From the NCBI RefSeq assembly GCF_009914755.1, contig NC_060937.1: DNA of 64,000 nucleotides; one strand, written 5' to 3'. This DNA comes from the human T2T-CHM13v2.0 reference genome, Homo sapiens. The stretch's first letter is position 1. Every line of letters begins with the position of its first letter. The notes below the pieces were generated by a model. It had not been told where the DNA came from, did not search any database, and saw nothing but the letters and a program-made list of their open reading frames with translations. Positions 28,360 through 41,789 of this stretch are shown here, one piece after another. The translations under genes were made by a program, and so were the position numbers.

Positions 28360-31045
28360 CTTCTGCTTTGGGGAAATAGAATATGTACTTTTCCTATTCC
28401 TCCTCTTAAGTACAGCTAAAAACCCTCCATATTATATATAAAACTAAATGTAAGACTCTGAGAAGTAGAGAGAAGAGGCAGACACCTAGAAACTTGGTGA
28501 CTAAAGGAATAAAACAGAGGTAAGTTTCACGGATTTTTTTTTTTTTTGTATCACATATCCCAGACTTGGATCTAAAGAAGATGGCAACCCAGAAGCACCA
28601 ATGAATGCAGACAAGAAAAGGTCCCCCAAAAGCCTGCTCTCTCAAGCCAAAGGAAAAGGAAAAAGCAGCCTCGCATTACCAAAACCTTTTAGGCAATAAC
28701 TGCTGTACTCCAGCCAAAAACCACAGAAAGAACAGTGGCCCCACTTCCGCCTACACCAGAAAAGGCAGAGTGGGGAGCCTAGACTTCTACCCTTGTCGTG
28801 CTGTAGCGAGGTGTTCTAAGCTCCTGCTGTAGGGTGGTGTTAGAGCAAGCTAAGTAGAAAACTGGGACTTTATTCCTATTGGATGTTGATGAAGACATCC
28901 CCATACTCACAGCATCAGTGAGGAGACTGAGTTCTATCTCTACCTAGCAGTAATGATGCTATCTTCCCCTACACATAGAGGTAGTGTCAAAGGAGACCTA
29001 GTAGAGACTGAGAAAGTTCAACCCTGCCCACCCCACCCAAGTGGTGTCAGTAGAGGGCAGGAACAAGGCACTCCCAGCTTTCCCAGTCAGGGTAATATCA
29101 GCAGAGACCTTTCAGGGAGTGGGAGCTCCCACCTCATGCCAGCAGTAATGAGGGAGACCCTCACCCCTTGGGGTGTTAATAGAGTCCCAGTGGGGAAACT
29201 GGACTTCTACTCTGCCTAGAAGTAGTGCAGCAGGACTATCCTTCTCCTCTTCTCTTTCCAATATAGCGTCAGAGATGATCACCTAAAACAGAAGGCTTAT
29301 AAAAATTCAAAATCTCATGACATAATACTCAAAATGTCCAGATTTAAATAGAAGCATCACTAGTACATCATACAAAGAACAAGGGAATCTAAACTTGAAT
29401 AAAAAAGAAAATACACATAAAAGTCAAGGTAACAGAAATATTGGAATGATCTTACACAAACCTTTACAGCAGCCATTATAAAAATGCTTCCATAGTCAGT
29501 GTGGCAATTCCCCAAGGATCTAGAACTAGAAACACCATTTGATCCAGCAATCTCATCACTGGGTATATACCCAAAGGATTATAAATCATTTTACTATAAA
29601 GACACATGCACATGTATGTTTATTGTGGCACTGTTCACAATAGCAAAGACCTGGAACCAACCCAAATACCCATCAATGATAGACTGGATAAAGAAAATGT
29701 GGCACATATACACCACAGAATACTATGCAATCAGAAAAAAGGGTGAGTTCATGTCATTTGCAGGTCCATGGATGAAGCTAGAAACCATCATTCTCAGCAA
29801 ACTAACACAAGAACAGAAAACCAAACACCACATGTTCTCATTCATAAGTGGGAGTTGAACAATGGGAACACATGGACACAGGGAGGGGAACATCAAACAC
29901 CAGGACCTGTCATGGGGTTGGGGGCTGGGGGAGGGATAGCATTAGGAGAAATACCTAATGTAGATGACAGATTGATGGGTGCAGCAAACCACCATGGCAC
30001 ATGTATACCTATGTAACAAACCTGCATGTTCTGCACATGTACCCCAGAACTTAAAGTATAATTAAAAAAATGCTTCCATGAGCAATTATGAGCATGCTTG
30101 AAACAAATGAAAAAATCGAACATCTTACTAAAGAAATAAAACATATGAAAAAGAACCAAATGGGAAATTAAGCACTGAAAAATACAACTAAAATGTAAAA
30201 CTTAATAAACAGGCTCAAAGTCAGAATGAAGGAAACAAGAAAGAATATGTGAACTTCAAGGTAGAACAATAGAAATTATCCACTTTTAACAAGAGAGATA
30301 AAGTAGGCTGGAAGAAGAATGATTAGAGCCTTACTCCTGTAAGATTATAACAAAAGCTCAAATGTTTGTGTCATAGGACTCCTAGAAGGAGAGGGGAAAG
30401 AGGGCAAGACCAAAAAAGCACCTGAGGAAATAGTGAATGGAAGCTCCCCAGATTTGGCAAAAGACATAAACTATAGATTCAACAAGCTGAATAAATATAA
30501 AATAGTATAAACCCAAATAATCATAAACCAAGACATAGTCAATTTTCTGAAAACTAAAGACAAAAATCTTGAAAGCAGCAAGAAAGAAATGACTGCCTAT
30601 CTATAGAAGAAAAAGAATTTGAATGACTGCAGATTTCTTACTAAAAATTATGAGACAGAAGGAAGTGGCATATTTCTCAAGTGCTGAAAGAGCTGCCAAC
30701 CCAAAATCCTACATCCAGCAAAAATATCATTCGGGAATGAAGGGGAAATTAAGATAGTATTAGATAAAGAAAAACTAGTAGGACTTGTTGCCAAAAGAAC
30801 TACCCTGAAAGATTGGCTGAAGGGAGTTCTTTAAATAGAGAGAAATAATAATAGAAGAACATTTTTTGGCATATCAGAAAGAAATAATAATAGAGTAAAT
30901 ATAAGGGTAATTTCAAAACATTTTCCTTCTCCTATTAAGTTTTCTAAATTATGTTTGATGGTTGAAGCAAAAGTTATAATAATGTCTGGATGTCACTAAA
31001 TGTATGCAGATGAAATACTCAAGACAATGAGAATATAAATAGGAA
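28360..31045 (+). mobile_element. Old L1M (L1MD-like) 5' UTR/ORF1 region, degenerate; preceded by an L1 ORF2 fragment (~27880-28355)
   Basis: A-rich ORF1 remnants 'ccagatttggcaaaagacataaac', 'aaatcttgaaagcagcaagaa', 'ctgccaacccaaaatcctacatccagcaaaaatatc'. Confidence 0.7.
29494..30065 (+). mobile_element. 5'-truncated L1PA7-like element (ORF2 C-terminus plus 3' UTR)
   Basis: ORF 29499-29858 is the L1 ORF2 C-terminus; 14-bp TSD AAAAATGCTTCCAT. Confidence 0.92.
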
Positions 31046-31115
31046 TGGGATGTAAAAGAGAGGTAGGTTTTCTAACTTCATACTATATGGTAAAGTCACA
31101 CTAGTAGACTGTTTT

Positions 31116-31643
31116 TGTGGTACTGGGATTTGTTTTAATCAGGTGTGGCAAGACACACAGACATGAAAATGACTTTTATGAAGGCAAAAGTTTTATACTC
31201 ATAGATTCCTAGAAACAGGAGGCGTGACATGACACAGGGAGGCCATACAGGGAAGCACCAGTGTTGGACAGGAGGCAGAGGGAGCAAGGGGAAAATGTGG
31301 GCAAGAGACTCTTGTGTTTTCTTTGTTGGAAAGTCAAGGCAAGACAGGATAAACAGGGTTAGGGTTGGCTAGTTTGAATAATTTCAGTGGGCTTTAGGGT
31401 GTAGTGCCCTGATTTGTCTGGTACCTGGCCCTGAAGTGATTATGGCAGATGGATAGTAGCCCAGATGTAAGTACTAGATAAAGGAGATCACTGGGAATTT
31501 GAGCTTTAGATTGGTTAGTTTGTATATGAAAGGTGCATTCACAGACCAGTCATTTTTCTATTTCTTGGAATTTATTAACCCTAAGAGGAGCAGTCCATCC
31601 GGGAATAAGATGCCAAAGTATCAAATACAAAATATTAGAAAAC
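31116..31643 (-). mobile_element. ERVL LTR (MER76-like), followed by (GT)n at 31647-31673
   Basis: 'ggttggctagtttgaataatttcagtgggct...gtctggtacctggccctg...attggttagtttgtatatgaaagg'. Confidence 0.65.
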
Positions 31644-31647
31644 TTGG

Positions 31648-31678
<31 letters not shown>

Positions 31679-31713
31679 TACATTATATATATTATATATT
31701 ACATATACCATCT

Positions 31714-32062
31714 TTATTAGTTTGTTTTCATACTGCCCAAAATAAAGACATACCCAAAATTGGGAACAAAAAGAGGTTTAATTAGACTTACAGCTCCACA
31801 TGACGGGGGAGGCCTCAGAATCATGGTGGGAGGTAAAAGGCACTTCTTACATGGTGAGAGAAATGAGGAAGAAGCAAAAGTGGAAACCCCTGATAAACCC
31901 ATCAGATCTCATGAGACTTATTCACTAACATGAGAATAGCATGCAAAAGACCATCCTGCATGATTCAATTACCTCCCCCTAGGTCCCTCCCACAACACGC
32001 GGGAATTCTGGGAGATACGATTCAAGTTGAGATTTGGGTGGTGACACAGCAAAACCATATCA
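31714..32062 (-). mobile_element. THE1A solo LTR
   Basis: 'gggaacaaaaagaggtttaatt...gcaaaagtggaaacccctgataaacccatcagatctc...aaccatatca'. Confidence 0.85.
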
Positions 32063-33183
32063 TCATGTTATGTATATATAATGTAATAATTAGAGAAACA
32101 ACTAGAAAAGGTGATATAAAAGGATGCACCCCAAATAATTTAATAAATGAAAATGAAATTCACAGTATTTTTAAATAACAGGAAGACAAGGAAATTAAAA
32201 CAAAGAAACAAAAAAAAGGAAAAAAATCCAACTTCAGCCCCATAAGGAACCTAGAAGTTACCATTTTCATTCTTACAATAGAAAAACTAAGCAAACTGAA
32301 AATCAGTTACTTTTCTTGGACTCATGAGAGGATTGAGGTGACAGGGAAAACTGCCACCTGGAAATCTGGAGAGACAAGAAAATCTGAGAGAGAACCATAG
32401 CTAAAATCTGCTCAGTAGAAAGTGGGTCCCTGAGGAAGCACAGACGCTGTACTTAGTAGAAAAAGACTTTAAGTCAACTGTCTTAAATATACTAGAAAAA
32501 CTAAAGAAAACTGTCAACAATGAGCTAAATAAATCCAGAAGAACCATGTATGAAAAAATAAAAATCAGTAAAGAAAAGAAATAGATATTATAAAAAGGAA
32601 CCAAACAGAATTCTGGAGCTGAAAAATACAATAACTGATGTGAAAAACCCACTAGAGTGTTTCAGTAGCATAGCTGAGCAGGCAGAAGAATGAACCAGGA
32701 AATTTGAAGACAGATCAACTTAAACTACCCAGTCTGAGAAGCAAAAAGGAAAAAAAATGAAGAAAAATAATACCTAAGAAGCCTGTGGCACACCATCAAG
32801 CATTTTCATATACTCATAATGAATATCCCAGGAGAGAAGAGAAAGTGGCAGAGAAGAAATAATGGCTGAAAACTTCCCAAATTTGATAAAAGACATAAAA
32901 CCACATATTTGAGAATCTCAGAAAATTCCAGGATAACTGTAAAGAGAACCACACAGAGACACATAATGAAATTGTTGAAAGACAAAGACAAAGAGATAAT
33001 CTTCAAAAATGCATGACAAAACAACTCATGACATACAAGAGAGCATTGATCTAGTAGATTTTTCATCAAAAATCATGAAGGCCAGAAGAGAGTGGGATGA
33101 CATTTTTAAAGTGCCAAAAGAAAAAAATCTTGTCAACTGAGAATTCTGTATCTGTCAAAACTGACATTCAAAAATGAAGCAGA

Positions 33184-33342
33184 GCTGAGTGCAGTGGCAT
33201 GTGCCTGTAATCCCAGCTACTCAAGAGGCTGAGATAGGAAGATCACTTGAAGCCAGGAGTTTCAGGCCGTATGGTGCTGTGATCATTCCTGTGAACAGCC
33301 ATTGCACTCCAGCCTGGGCAATATAGTAATATCCCATTTCTG

Positions 33343-33371
<29 letters not shown>
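33184..33371 (+). mobile_element. FAM (fossil Alu monomer) with an A29 tail
   Basis: Monomer retaining the FAM-diagnostic segment 'cctgtgaacagcca' (consensus CCTGTGAATAGCCA). Confidence 0.8.
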
Positions 33372-33373
<2 letters not shown>

Positions 33374-33494
33374 AGAAAGAAAAAAGAAAGGAGGAATTAA
33401 GGCATTCCCAATAAAAAAAGTTAAGGAAATTTATTATTAGTAGACCTTCCCTACAAAAAGTGCAGAAAGAGATCCTTGAGTCAGAAATGAAAGA

Positions 33495-33788
33495 GGCTGG
33501 GCAAGGTGTGGCTCACGCCTGTAATCCCAGCACTTCCGGAGGCCAAGGGAGGCAGATCACCCGAGATTAGGAGTTCGAGACCAGCCTGGCCAACATGGTG
33601 AAACCCCATCTTTACTAAAAATACAAAAATTAACTGGTCATAGGGGTGCACACCTGTAACCCCAGCTACTCAGGAGGCTGAGGCAGGAGAACTGCTTGAA
33701 CCCAGAATGTGGAGGTTGCTATGAGCTGAGATCACGCCACTGTACTCCAGCCTGGGTGACAGAGCAAGACTGTGTCTCAAAAAAAAAG
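33495..33788 (+). mobile_element. AluS
   Basis: Full Alu dimer; TSD-like GAAATGAAA on both sides. Confidence 0.92.
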
Positions 33789-34466
33789 GAAATGAAAACA
33801 GAAAGAATTGCTGAAGGTAGCAATGTAGATAAATATAAAAGCTAGCATTATTGTATTTTTGGTTTGTAACTCCTCTTCTTACTACCTATTTGATTTAAAA
33901 GATAAATATAGAAACAAGTAATTATAAAACCATGTTAATGGCCATATAATACATAAAATGTAATTTGTCACAATAACAAAATCAAGGGGAATGGAGCTGT
34001 ATAGGAGTAGAGGTTATTTAAATGCAATTTAAGCTAAGTTGGTGTCAATTCAAATGAAATTGCTGTAAATTTGGGATTTTAATTGTTATCTGCATGATAT
34101 CCACTAAGAAAATATGTATAAAAATATACACAAAAAGGAAATGAGAAGGGAACCAAAAAGATACACTATAAAGAAACAAAACAAAACACAAAAGAAGGCA
34201 GAGATGGAGGAAGTAAGAAATATAAATGGTATAAAACACAGAGAAAACAAATAGCAAAATGGCAGAAGTGAGTCATTTTATCAGTAATTATTTTAAATGT
34301 AAATGGATTAAATGTAAACGTATTGGCAGAATGGGTTGAAAAAAATACATGATCCAACTGTATGCTGTTGACAAGAGACTCACTTTATATCCAAAGACAG
34401 AAAAAGATGTAAGTGAAAGGATAACAATATTCCATGGAAATGGTAACCAAAGGAGAGCAGGCATGG

Positions 34467-34869
34467 TGATATGGTTTCAATGTTTTTGTTCCCTCCAAAA
34501 CTTATGTTGAAACTTAATTCCCAGTTAAATAGTATTGGGAGGTGTGGCCTTTTAGAGGTGATTAAGTCATGAGGGGTCAGCTCTCATTAATGGGACTAGG
34601 TGCCCTTATAAAAGGACTTGATAGCGTGAGTTTCTCTCTCTTGCCCTTCTGTCTTCTGCCATGTGAGGATATATCATTCCTCCTCTTCAGAGGATAAAGC
34701 ATCAAGGCACAATCTTAGAAGAAGAGAGTAGCCATCACCAGACAACTGAACCTGCTGGTGACTTGATCTTTGACTTCTTAGCCTCAAAACCTTTGAGAAA
34801 ATAAATTTCTGTTCTTTACAAATTACCTCCCGTGGTATTCTGTTATAGCAGCACAAATGGACTAAGACA
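34467..34869 (+). mobile_element. MSTD-like solo LTR inserted in L1 ORF2
   Basis: 'tgatatggttt...ccctccaaaacttatgttgaaacttaat...tgttatagcagcacaaatggactaagaca'. Confidence 0.85.
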
Positions 34870-35811
34870 GGAGGCTATACTAACATTACACAAAAAAGAC
34901 TTTCAGTCAAAATGGTTACAAGAAACACAAAAAGATATTATATATTGATAAAAGAGGCAATTCTTTAAGAAGAAATAACAATTATAAACACACATACACA
35001 TAACAACACACAGGCCCCAAAATACATGAAGCAAACATTGACAAAGTTGAGGGAGAAGTAAACAGTTCTACAATAATAGTTGGAGACTTCAATAACATAT
35101 AGAACATCTATACAGAAGATCAACAAGAAAATAGAAGAAGACTATAAATTAGACCTAACAAATGTATATAGAATCTTGACTCAATAACAGCAGAATACAC
35201 ATTCTTCTCCAGTGCACATGGAACATGCTCTAAGATGGACCATATAGCAGGCCATAAAATGTCTCAGTAGATTTAAAAAAATTGAAATCATACGAAGTAT
35301 CCTCTTTAACCAAAATGGAATAACACTAGAAATTAATAATAGAAGGAAAACTGGACAATTTACAAATATGTGGGAATAAAACAACACAGCCATATACAAC
35401 CAATGGGTCAAAAAGCATATTACAAGGGAGCTTAGAAAATGTTGTGAGTCTGATGAAAATGAAACATAACATATCAAAACTTATGAGAGGCAGTAAAAAC
35501 AGTGCGTAGAGAGAAATTTATAGCTGTAAATATCTATGTTAAAAAGAAGAAAGAGCTCAAATCAGTAATCTAACTTTACCCCTTAAGAAACCAAAAAAGA
35601 AGAGCAAACTAAATTCATGATGGCACTGACATACGTTGGGAGAGGCAGGAGAGGCATATCACTTCAACCAGTCTCTTTGAGAATCTCTTCTCTAATGACT
35701 GTCATTACTGTCTACACACTTATGTCACCAACATGAAGTCTGATCTCTTCTACCTTCAGTTTTCTGTATACAAATTCTCCTTCAGTGTTTTATCAATCAT
35801 GGTAGGATAGG

Positions 35812-35994
35812 TCAATGATTGGAAACTACCTCAGTCCATTTTTGTATGGAGTCTGAGATAAGAATGGATTTTACATTTTTAAAGGTCTGTTAAAACAAAA
35901 ACAAAGAAGTACAAGTGTCAGAGAGTGTCTGTGGCCCATGATGCCTAAAATATTTATTATTTTATCCTTTACAGAAAATGTTTGCCACACCCTG
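35812..35994 (+). mobile_element. MER58 (C-like) hAT-Charlie fossil
   Basis: 'taagaatggattttacatttttaaagg...cctaaaatatttattattttatcctttacagaaaatgtttgcc...ccctg'. Confidence 0.75.
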
Positions 35995-35999
35995 AGCTA

Positions 36000-36400
36000 T
36001 ATTATGCTTTGATAACAAACCACCTTTAAATTTCAGTGGTTTGTAAAAAAAAAATTAGAAAGTTCACTTTTCATTTAGGTTATACAACAGTGGTGGGCCC
36101 AGTTGCAGCTCAGCTCTTCATTCTGTGTCTTCTTCAATCTGGGATACAGGCTATAAGAGCGAACCCATATCTGGCAGAGGCAATCAAGCAAAGGCTGAAC
36201 CAAATGAGGGTCCCACTGCTTTGCTTGAATGTGGTATACGTGACTGCTACTCACAATCAACTGGTCCAAGCCAAGCACATGGCAAAGCCTTATGATTATT
36301 ATGGCAAGAAATACACTCTTTCCCTCCAAAAAGTGTCACCAGAAGGAGGCCTTTATAAATGCGCCTAATGGAAAGGGGCACTGAATAACTGAAACTACTA
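36000..36400 (-). mobile_element. Old MLT1 LTR
   Basis: 'taacaaaccacctttaaatttcagtggtt...ctactcacaatcaactggtccaagccaagcacatggcaaagcct'. Confidence 0.6.
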
Positions 36401-36927
36401 TATAGTTCATTAGCAGAGATAGTTGAAGGTAAAATGTTCATAAATCCTCATATTTTGTGGACAAAGGGTAAGTGCAATGATTAACTGTAGACATCAGTAA
36501 GCTAAACATGCAGGTTGTAATTTCTAGGATTGCCACTAAACAAATAGAAGTATGCAAAAACTTCCAAACTAGTAGGGGGGAAATTTTTAAATGACAAAAA
36601 TTAATAAAACACAAATAAGAAAGAGAAAAAGAAACAATAAATAAGTAGAATGCCTAATGTAAGATAGAAGCTATTAGTCCCTAAATATCAGTAATTACTT
36701 TAAATGTAACTGGTCTTAATGTTCCAGTTAAGATAATCTCCATCAATGCTGTCTCTCTTTTGGGTCCAAACAAAACTATAGTTCAATGGACATTGTATGG
36801 CTGTGAGAAATTCATATTATTGGAAGTCTGCATTTTTTTGTTCACCAACGAAAATAATAGCAAGCATATATTAATCACTTTCTATCAGCACTACATTTAA
36901 CATACATTATCTTATCTTCACAACAAC

Positions 36928-37287
36928 TGATATGGTTTGGCTCTGTGTCCCCACCCAAATCTTATCTTGAATTATAATCCCCATGTGTCAAGGGAGGGAG
37001 GTTACTGAATCATGGGGGCAGATTCCCCCATGCTGTTCTCACCATAGTGAGCGAGTTCTCATGAAATCTGATGGTTTTAAAAGCGTCTGGCATTTCCCCT
37101 GCTGGCACTTCTCTCTCCTCCCACCATGTAAAGAAGGTCCTTGGTTCCCCTTAACTTTCTGCCATGATTGTAAGTTTCCAGAGGCCTCCCCAGCCATGTG
37201 GAACTGTGACTCAATTAAACCCCTTTCCTTTTTAAATTGCCCAGTCTTGGATATTTCTTTATAGCAGTGTGAAAACAGACGGATACA
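36928..37287 (+). mobile_element. THE1D solo LTR inserted in an antisense MIR (~36860-37400)
   Basis: TGATATGGTTTGGCTCTGTGTCCCCACCCAAATC...CTTTATAGCAGTGTGAAAA...ATACA. Confidence 0.88.
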
Positions 37288-37439
37288 ACTTTACAAGGTT
37301 ATCATCCCTTTAATAGTTTGAGTACCTTGAACAGATTCACTCACTACGCCTGAGATAGGTTTTGAGCCCAAGTCCTCCACTGAAGAGCTCACAAAACTGC
37401 CACCATGCTTTGCTGCTAATATATCATCTATATTCATGG

Positions 37440-37788
37440 TGACATGGTTTGGCTCTGTGTTCCCACCCAAATCTCATCTCAAATTGTAATCTCCATGTGT
37501 TGAGGGAGGGAGGTGATTGGATCATGAGACTGGTTTCCCCCATGCTGTTCTCGTGATAGTGAGTTCTCACAAGATCTGATGGTTTATAAGTGTTTGACAG
37601 TTCCTTCTTTACTCGCTCTCTCTCCTGTCACCTTATGAAGAAGGTGCATGTTTCCCCTTCCGCCATTATTCTGAGTTTCCTGAGGTCTCCCCAGCCATGC
37701 GGAGCTGTGAGTCAATTACACCTCCTTCCTTTATAACTTACCCAGTCTCAGGTATTTCTTAATGGCAGTGTGAAAATGGACTAATACA
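37440..37788 (+). mobile_element. THE1D solo LTR
   Basis: Complete LTR; 5-bp TSD CATGG at 37435-37439 and 37789-37793. Confidence 0.9.
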
Positions 37789-37946
37789 CATGGTTTTCAA
37801 ACTTTAGTGTGCTTCAGAATCTCATGGAACACTTGCTCAAACAAGGATTAGCTTTTGATTCAGTAGGTTTGAGGTGGGGCCCGGGATTCTGCATTTCTAT
37901 CAAGTTCCCAGGGGATGCTGACATTCCACACTTTGAGAACCGCTGC
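37789..37946. mobile_element. MER5A
   Basis: 'tggttttcaaacttt...tgattcagtaggtttgaggtggggccc...cacactttgagaaccgctg'. Confidence 0.85.
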
Positions 37947-38644
37947 TCTGTAAGATGCTTCTCCGGGGGAGTGGGAATGAACTCTAGTTTAAATCAGCTA
38001 CTCCCCCTTGAACTCCTCTACCAGTATCTGCGTAATCGTAATCATCCTAGATTACATCCCAGGATGGAATCATTATAATACATTCAACTAGATGTAAACT
38101 GGCAAAAACAACCATATTTCAACTTATGATTGGCCACTATGTAGCTCATATTTTCTTTTCTCAAACATTATTGATAATTGATGGTTAAATAATGACTTGG
38201 TAATACTCCTTAAACGTATATGGTGGTGGAGCAATCTTTGTTTTTCACCACAAGCAATCCTCTTCTGCTTTTGAAGTTCTTGCAGTTCTTCCCTTCTCCC
38301 AGTATCATTACTGAATTGCCTCTAAATTACAAGCATGCGGTGGGTATTTGGCACAAGGGGAGGCATTTCTGCTTTTCCACTGTTCCTTTCCCATGGGGCG
38401 GTGTTGCTTCTCTTCCTCCCTGGTGGTGTTGAGGCCTCACAAACATCTCAGCAAGGGCCACTGTGTTACTTTTGTAATAATTTATTTTAGTCAAATCAGC
38501 AAGAGGCTTTTCTGTTCTCTACACTTTTGTTAACTCTGCCACTCACTCTGACACTTCACCACCCACTCTTAGTTTTTCTCTATTTTCTGAGAAATAGATA
38601 AGAAATATCAAAAGATGTATTAATCTAAGCTCTGTATCTTGTAA

Positions 38645-39109
<465 letters not shown>

Positions 39110-39299
39110 TGAGGCCTTCTTGAAGGAGACCGTTCCTTTTGTTGAATGAATACTTTGCTTATATTATGAACTGATTGACTGCAAAGCAATTTCAGTACTC
39201 TCTGCTTACACTTATGCTTTGACTATTTTTGCTTTTAAGATTGATCATATCTTAAAAAAAGACTGATGATATCTGATACATATTGCATGATCTAGCAAA

Positions 39300-39530
39300 T
39301 GGCTAATATATGCTGAATATTTGTCATGTGCCAGCATCTACACTGAGTGCTTTTCATAATTTAATTCTCACAATTACCCTGTCTGGTAGGTACTAATATT
39401 TCTATTTTACAGATGAAGAAACCATCTGTAAGTTGAAAGGTTAAGTAACCGAGGTTACACAGCTAAACGGTAGAGTGAGGATTAAAACCCAATGAAAACC
39501 CAAATACATTGTACTCTGGAATGCTCAGCT
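39300..39530 (-). mobile_element. MIR
   Basis: 'tttaattctcacaattaccct...ctattttacagatgaagaaac...ggttaagtaacc...ggttacacagcta'. Confidence 0.8.
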
Positions 39531-40481
39531 GTTTCCCATTTATTTGCCTGCCCAGTTATCAGCAAATTTACACAATCACTACATACTGGCTCCAAATCCT
39601 AGCGGATCTTAAAACTGCCTTCTCTTTCCATTTCCATTTTGAATCTATTCCATTTCTATACTGAGGAAAGGATATTCACATCTATAGGCAAAGATGTGGA
39701 TGGGGAACATGATGTAACAGATTATGGCTCACTAGAACAATTTAAAATGCTGTCACCTCCTTTTCCCTGATACTCTCTGATGGATTCATTTGCCCATGAT
39801 AATAGAATTGCTGCTTTCAGTTTCCTGCCTCCCAAATTTCTTCTTGCTCACACTGGCCGGTGGCCTTTGGCTTTTCACTCTCAGCAATTCCTTCCTTGAA
39901 AAGCCTGTTTGCTGGTGCATCTCTGTTCCAGGAAGAGAGGAAATCCATCCTGATTTTCCAAAGGGCTTTTAATTAGTTTCAAGTTCAAATTGAAGTTGTT
40001 AATTTTCTTGAGAAAAATTACACATTACTGGGAGGCAGGTACAGGAGGAAGCACCCTGGTCTCTTGTTTTCTTGATGTTGTCTCTTTCCCAGAGATCCAG
40101 TTTCATGTTTTGAAATTTTTTATAGTAAAATCAAACCCAACAGGAAAGACAATCAACACCCTGAAAAGAAAAGAGCCAGGGGAAAGCAGATAGCTTTCTT
40201 TGCTATGGAGTTTCACCAAATTTTCCTGATTGTGTTGATTTTAACTTTTAAAAGACACCACGGTTTTGCTGTGTTTCTTTTCCAAGTTTCTGTTTCTAAC
40301 ATATGACCTTCATTTGGGTGGAAAAGTAGATTCATTATTTGCTCCTTTGAACAACTGCTTTTCTGCTACTATAGAAGGGAAATGAGAAAAAGTGAGCTAA
40401 ATTCATGATCAAAACTGAGAATGTACAAAAAAAAAATGTTATTTTGCATGAGATTGTATTCCCAAATTATTTCTAACTCTT

Positions 40482-40781
40482 TTTATTTTTTATTTTCTTT
40501 TGAGACAAAGTCTCACTTGGTTGCCCAGGCTGGAGTGCAGTGGTGTGATCATAGCTCACTGTAACCTTGAACTCCTGTCTCAAGTGATCCTCCTGTCCCA
40601 GCCTCTCAAGTAGCTAGGACTAAAGCATGTTCTGTTATGCTTGGTTAATTTATTTTATTTTATTTTTATTTTTGTACATATGGGATCTCACTATGTTGTC
40701 CAGGCTGATCTCAAATTCCTGGGCTGAATTGATCCTCCCACCTTGGCCTTAGGATTACAGGCATGAGCCACCAAGCCCAGC
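40482..40781 (-). mobile_element. AluJ
   Basis: Antisense Alu; TSD TATTTC(T/C)AACTCTT. Confidence 0.9.
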
Positions 40782-40799
40782 TATTTCCAACTCTTCTAA

Positions 40800-41245
40800 C
40801 CTCTGCTGATATAATTTAGTTTTGCTTGTTTTCAAACTCTATATAAATTGAAGTTATAATATGTATTCTTTTGTGCCTGACTTCTTTCACACAATAGTAT
40901 GTTTGTAAGATATAGCCATGATGTTTATGTTGCAGTAGTTCATTCATTTTTACCACTATATAGTATTTTGTTCATGGTTATGCCAAGATCGATTTATCCA
41001 ATCTCTTGTTGAATGGTATTAGATATCCAATCTCTTGTTGAATGATACTTGTTAGTCTTGCTGCTATGAGCATTCTTGTACATGTCCTTGGTGCACGTAT
41101 GTATACCAGGAGTGTAATTGATGAGTTCTAGAGAATCTGTGTGTTCTACTTTATTAAACAACACCAGACTGCTTTCTAAAACAGCTGGAGCAATTTATAC
41201 CCCGACCAGGAGTGTATGGGAGTTCCTGTTGTTCCAACAATTGGT
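40800..41245 (-). mobile_element. L1ME-type 3' fragment
   Basis: 'tgtattcttttgtgcctgacttctttcac...gctgctatgagcattcttgtacatgtc'. Confidence 0.75.
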
Positions 41246-41789
41246 ACTGTCCTGAGATGCCCAAAGACATCCTTCCCTTTAATGCCAAACTGGCATTTAT
41301 TGAGCCTCCTTCTTGCATGACAGGGAGATCGGCCTTTGTAGTTCTTCCCCCAGTAATTTCAGACGCTCTCCAGAGAAAGCCCATGCATCCTGTAGATCCT
41401 GCTCAGGTGTCAACCTGGCATACATCTTGTAGACCATTTCTTCACTCTCTGCAGGTGATTCTTGCCATTGCGTGTTCTCAAGCCCTGCTGAGGAAGCACG
41501 ATGAATGGCACTATTTTGGTGGAGGACTCAGTAAGAATCATGCAAGAGACAGGTTTTGGGGGATAAGGAATGAGTGATGGATTCTGAAAGCTGTCACACT
41601 CCTTCTGCACACTAAAGATTAACTGGAATATAGCTGACTGTAACCAGTTGGAGGGGAACAATAGAGGTGGCTGGTTTCAGGTTATCTTCCAGGTGATTTA
41701 CCTGGGACATCTGCCTTCCACCCTGATGCTCAGTTTCTTTGACTCAACTAGGCTTTTTGGCTAGGTAGAAAATTTATACTGCCATTAAA

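Larger units (their letters stand above)
32240..35617 (+). mobile_element. Old L1M: degenerate ORF1, spacer and ORF2 endonuclease region, with nested FAM, Alu and MST insertions
   Basis: ORF2 endonuclease remnants 'aaatgtaaatggattaaat', 'caataatagttggagacttcaata', 'cagcagaatacacattcttctccagtgcacatggaacat'; many stops. Confidence 0.85.

Noticed and set aside
29499-29858. 119-aa ORF with strong protein-like character
   Set aside because: It is the C-terminal end of L1 ORF2 in a 5'-truncated L1PA copy, not a host gene.
36928-37788. Two THE1D LTRs as a single provirus
   Set aside because: The intervening DNA is MIR/unique rather than THE1-int, and the second LTR has its own TSD.
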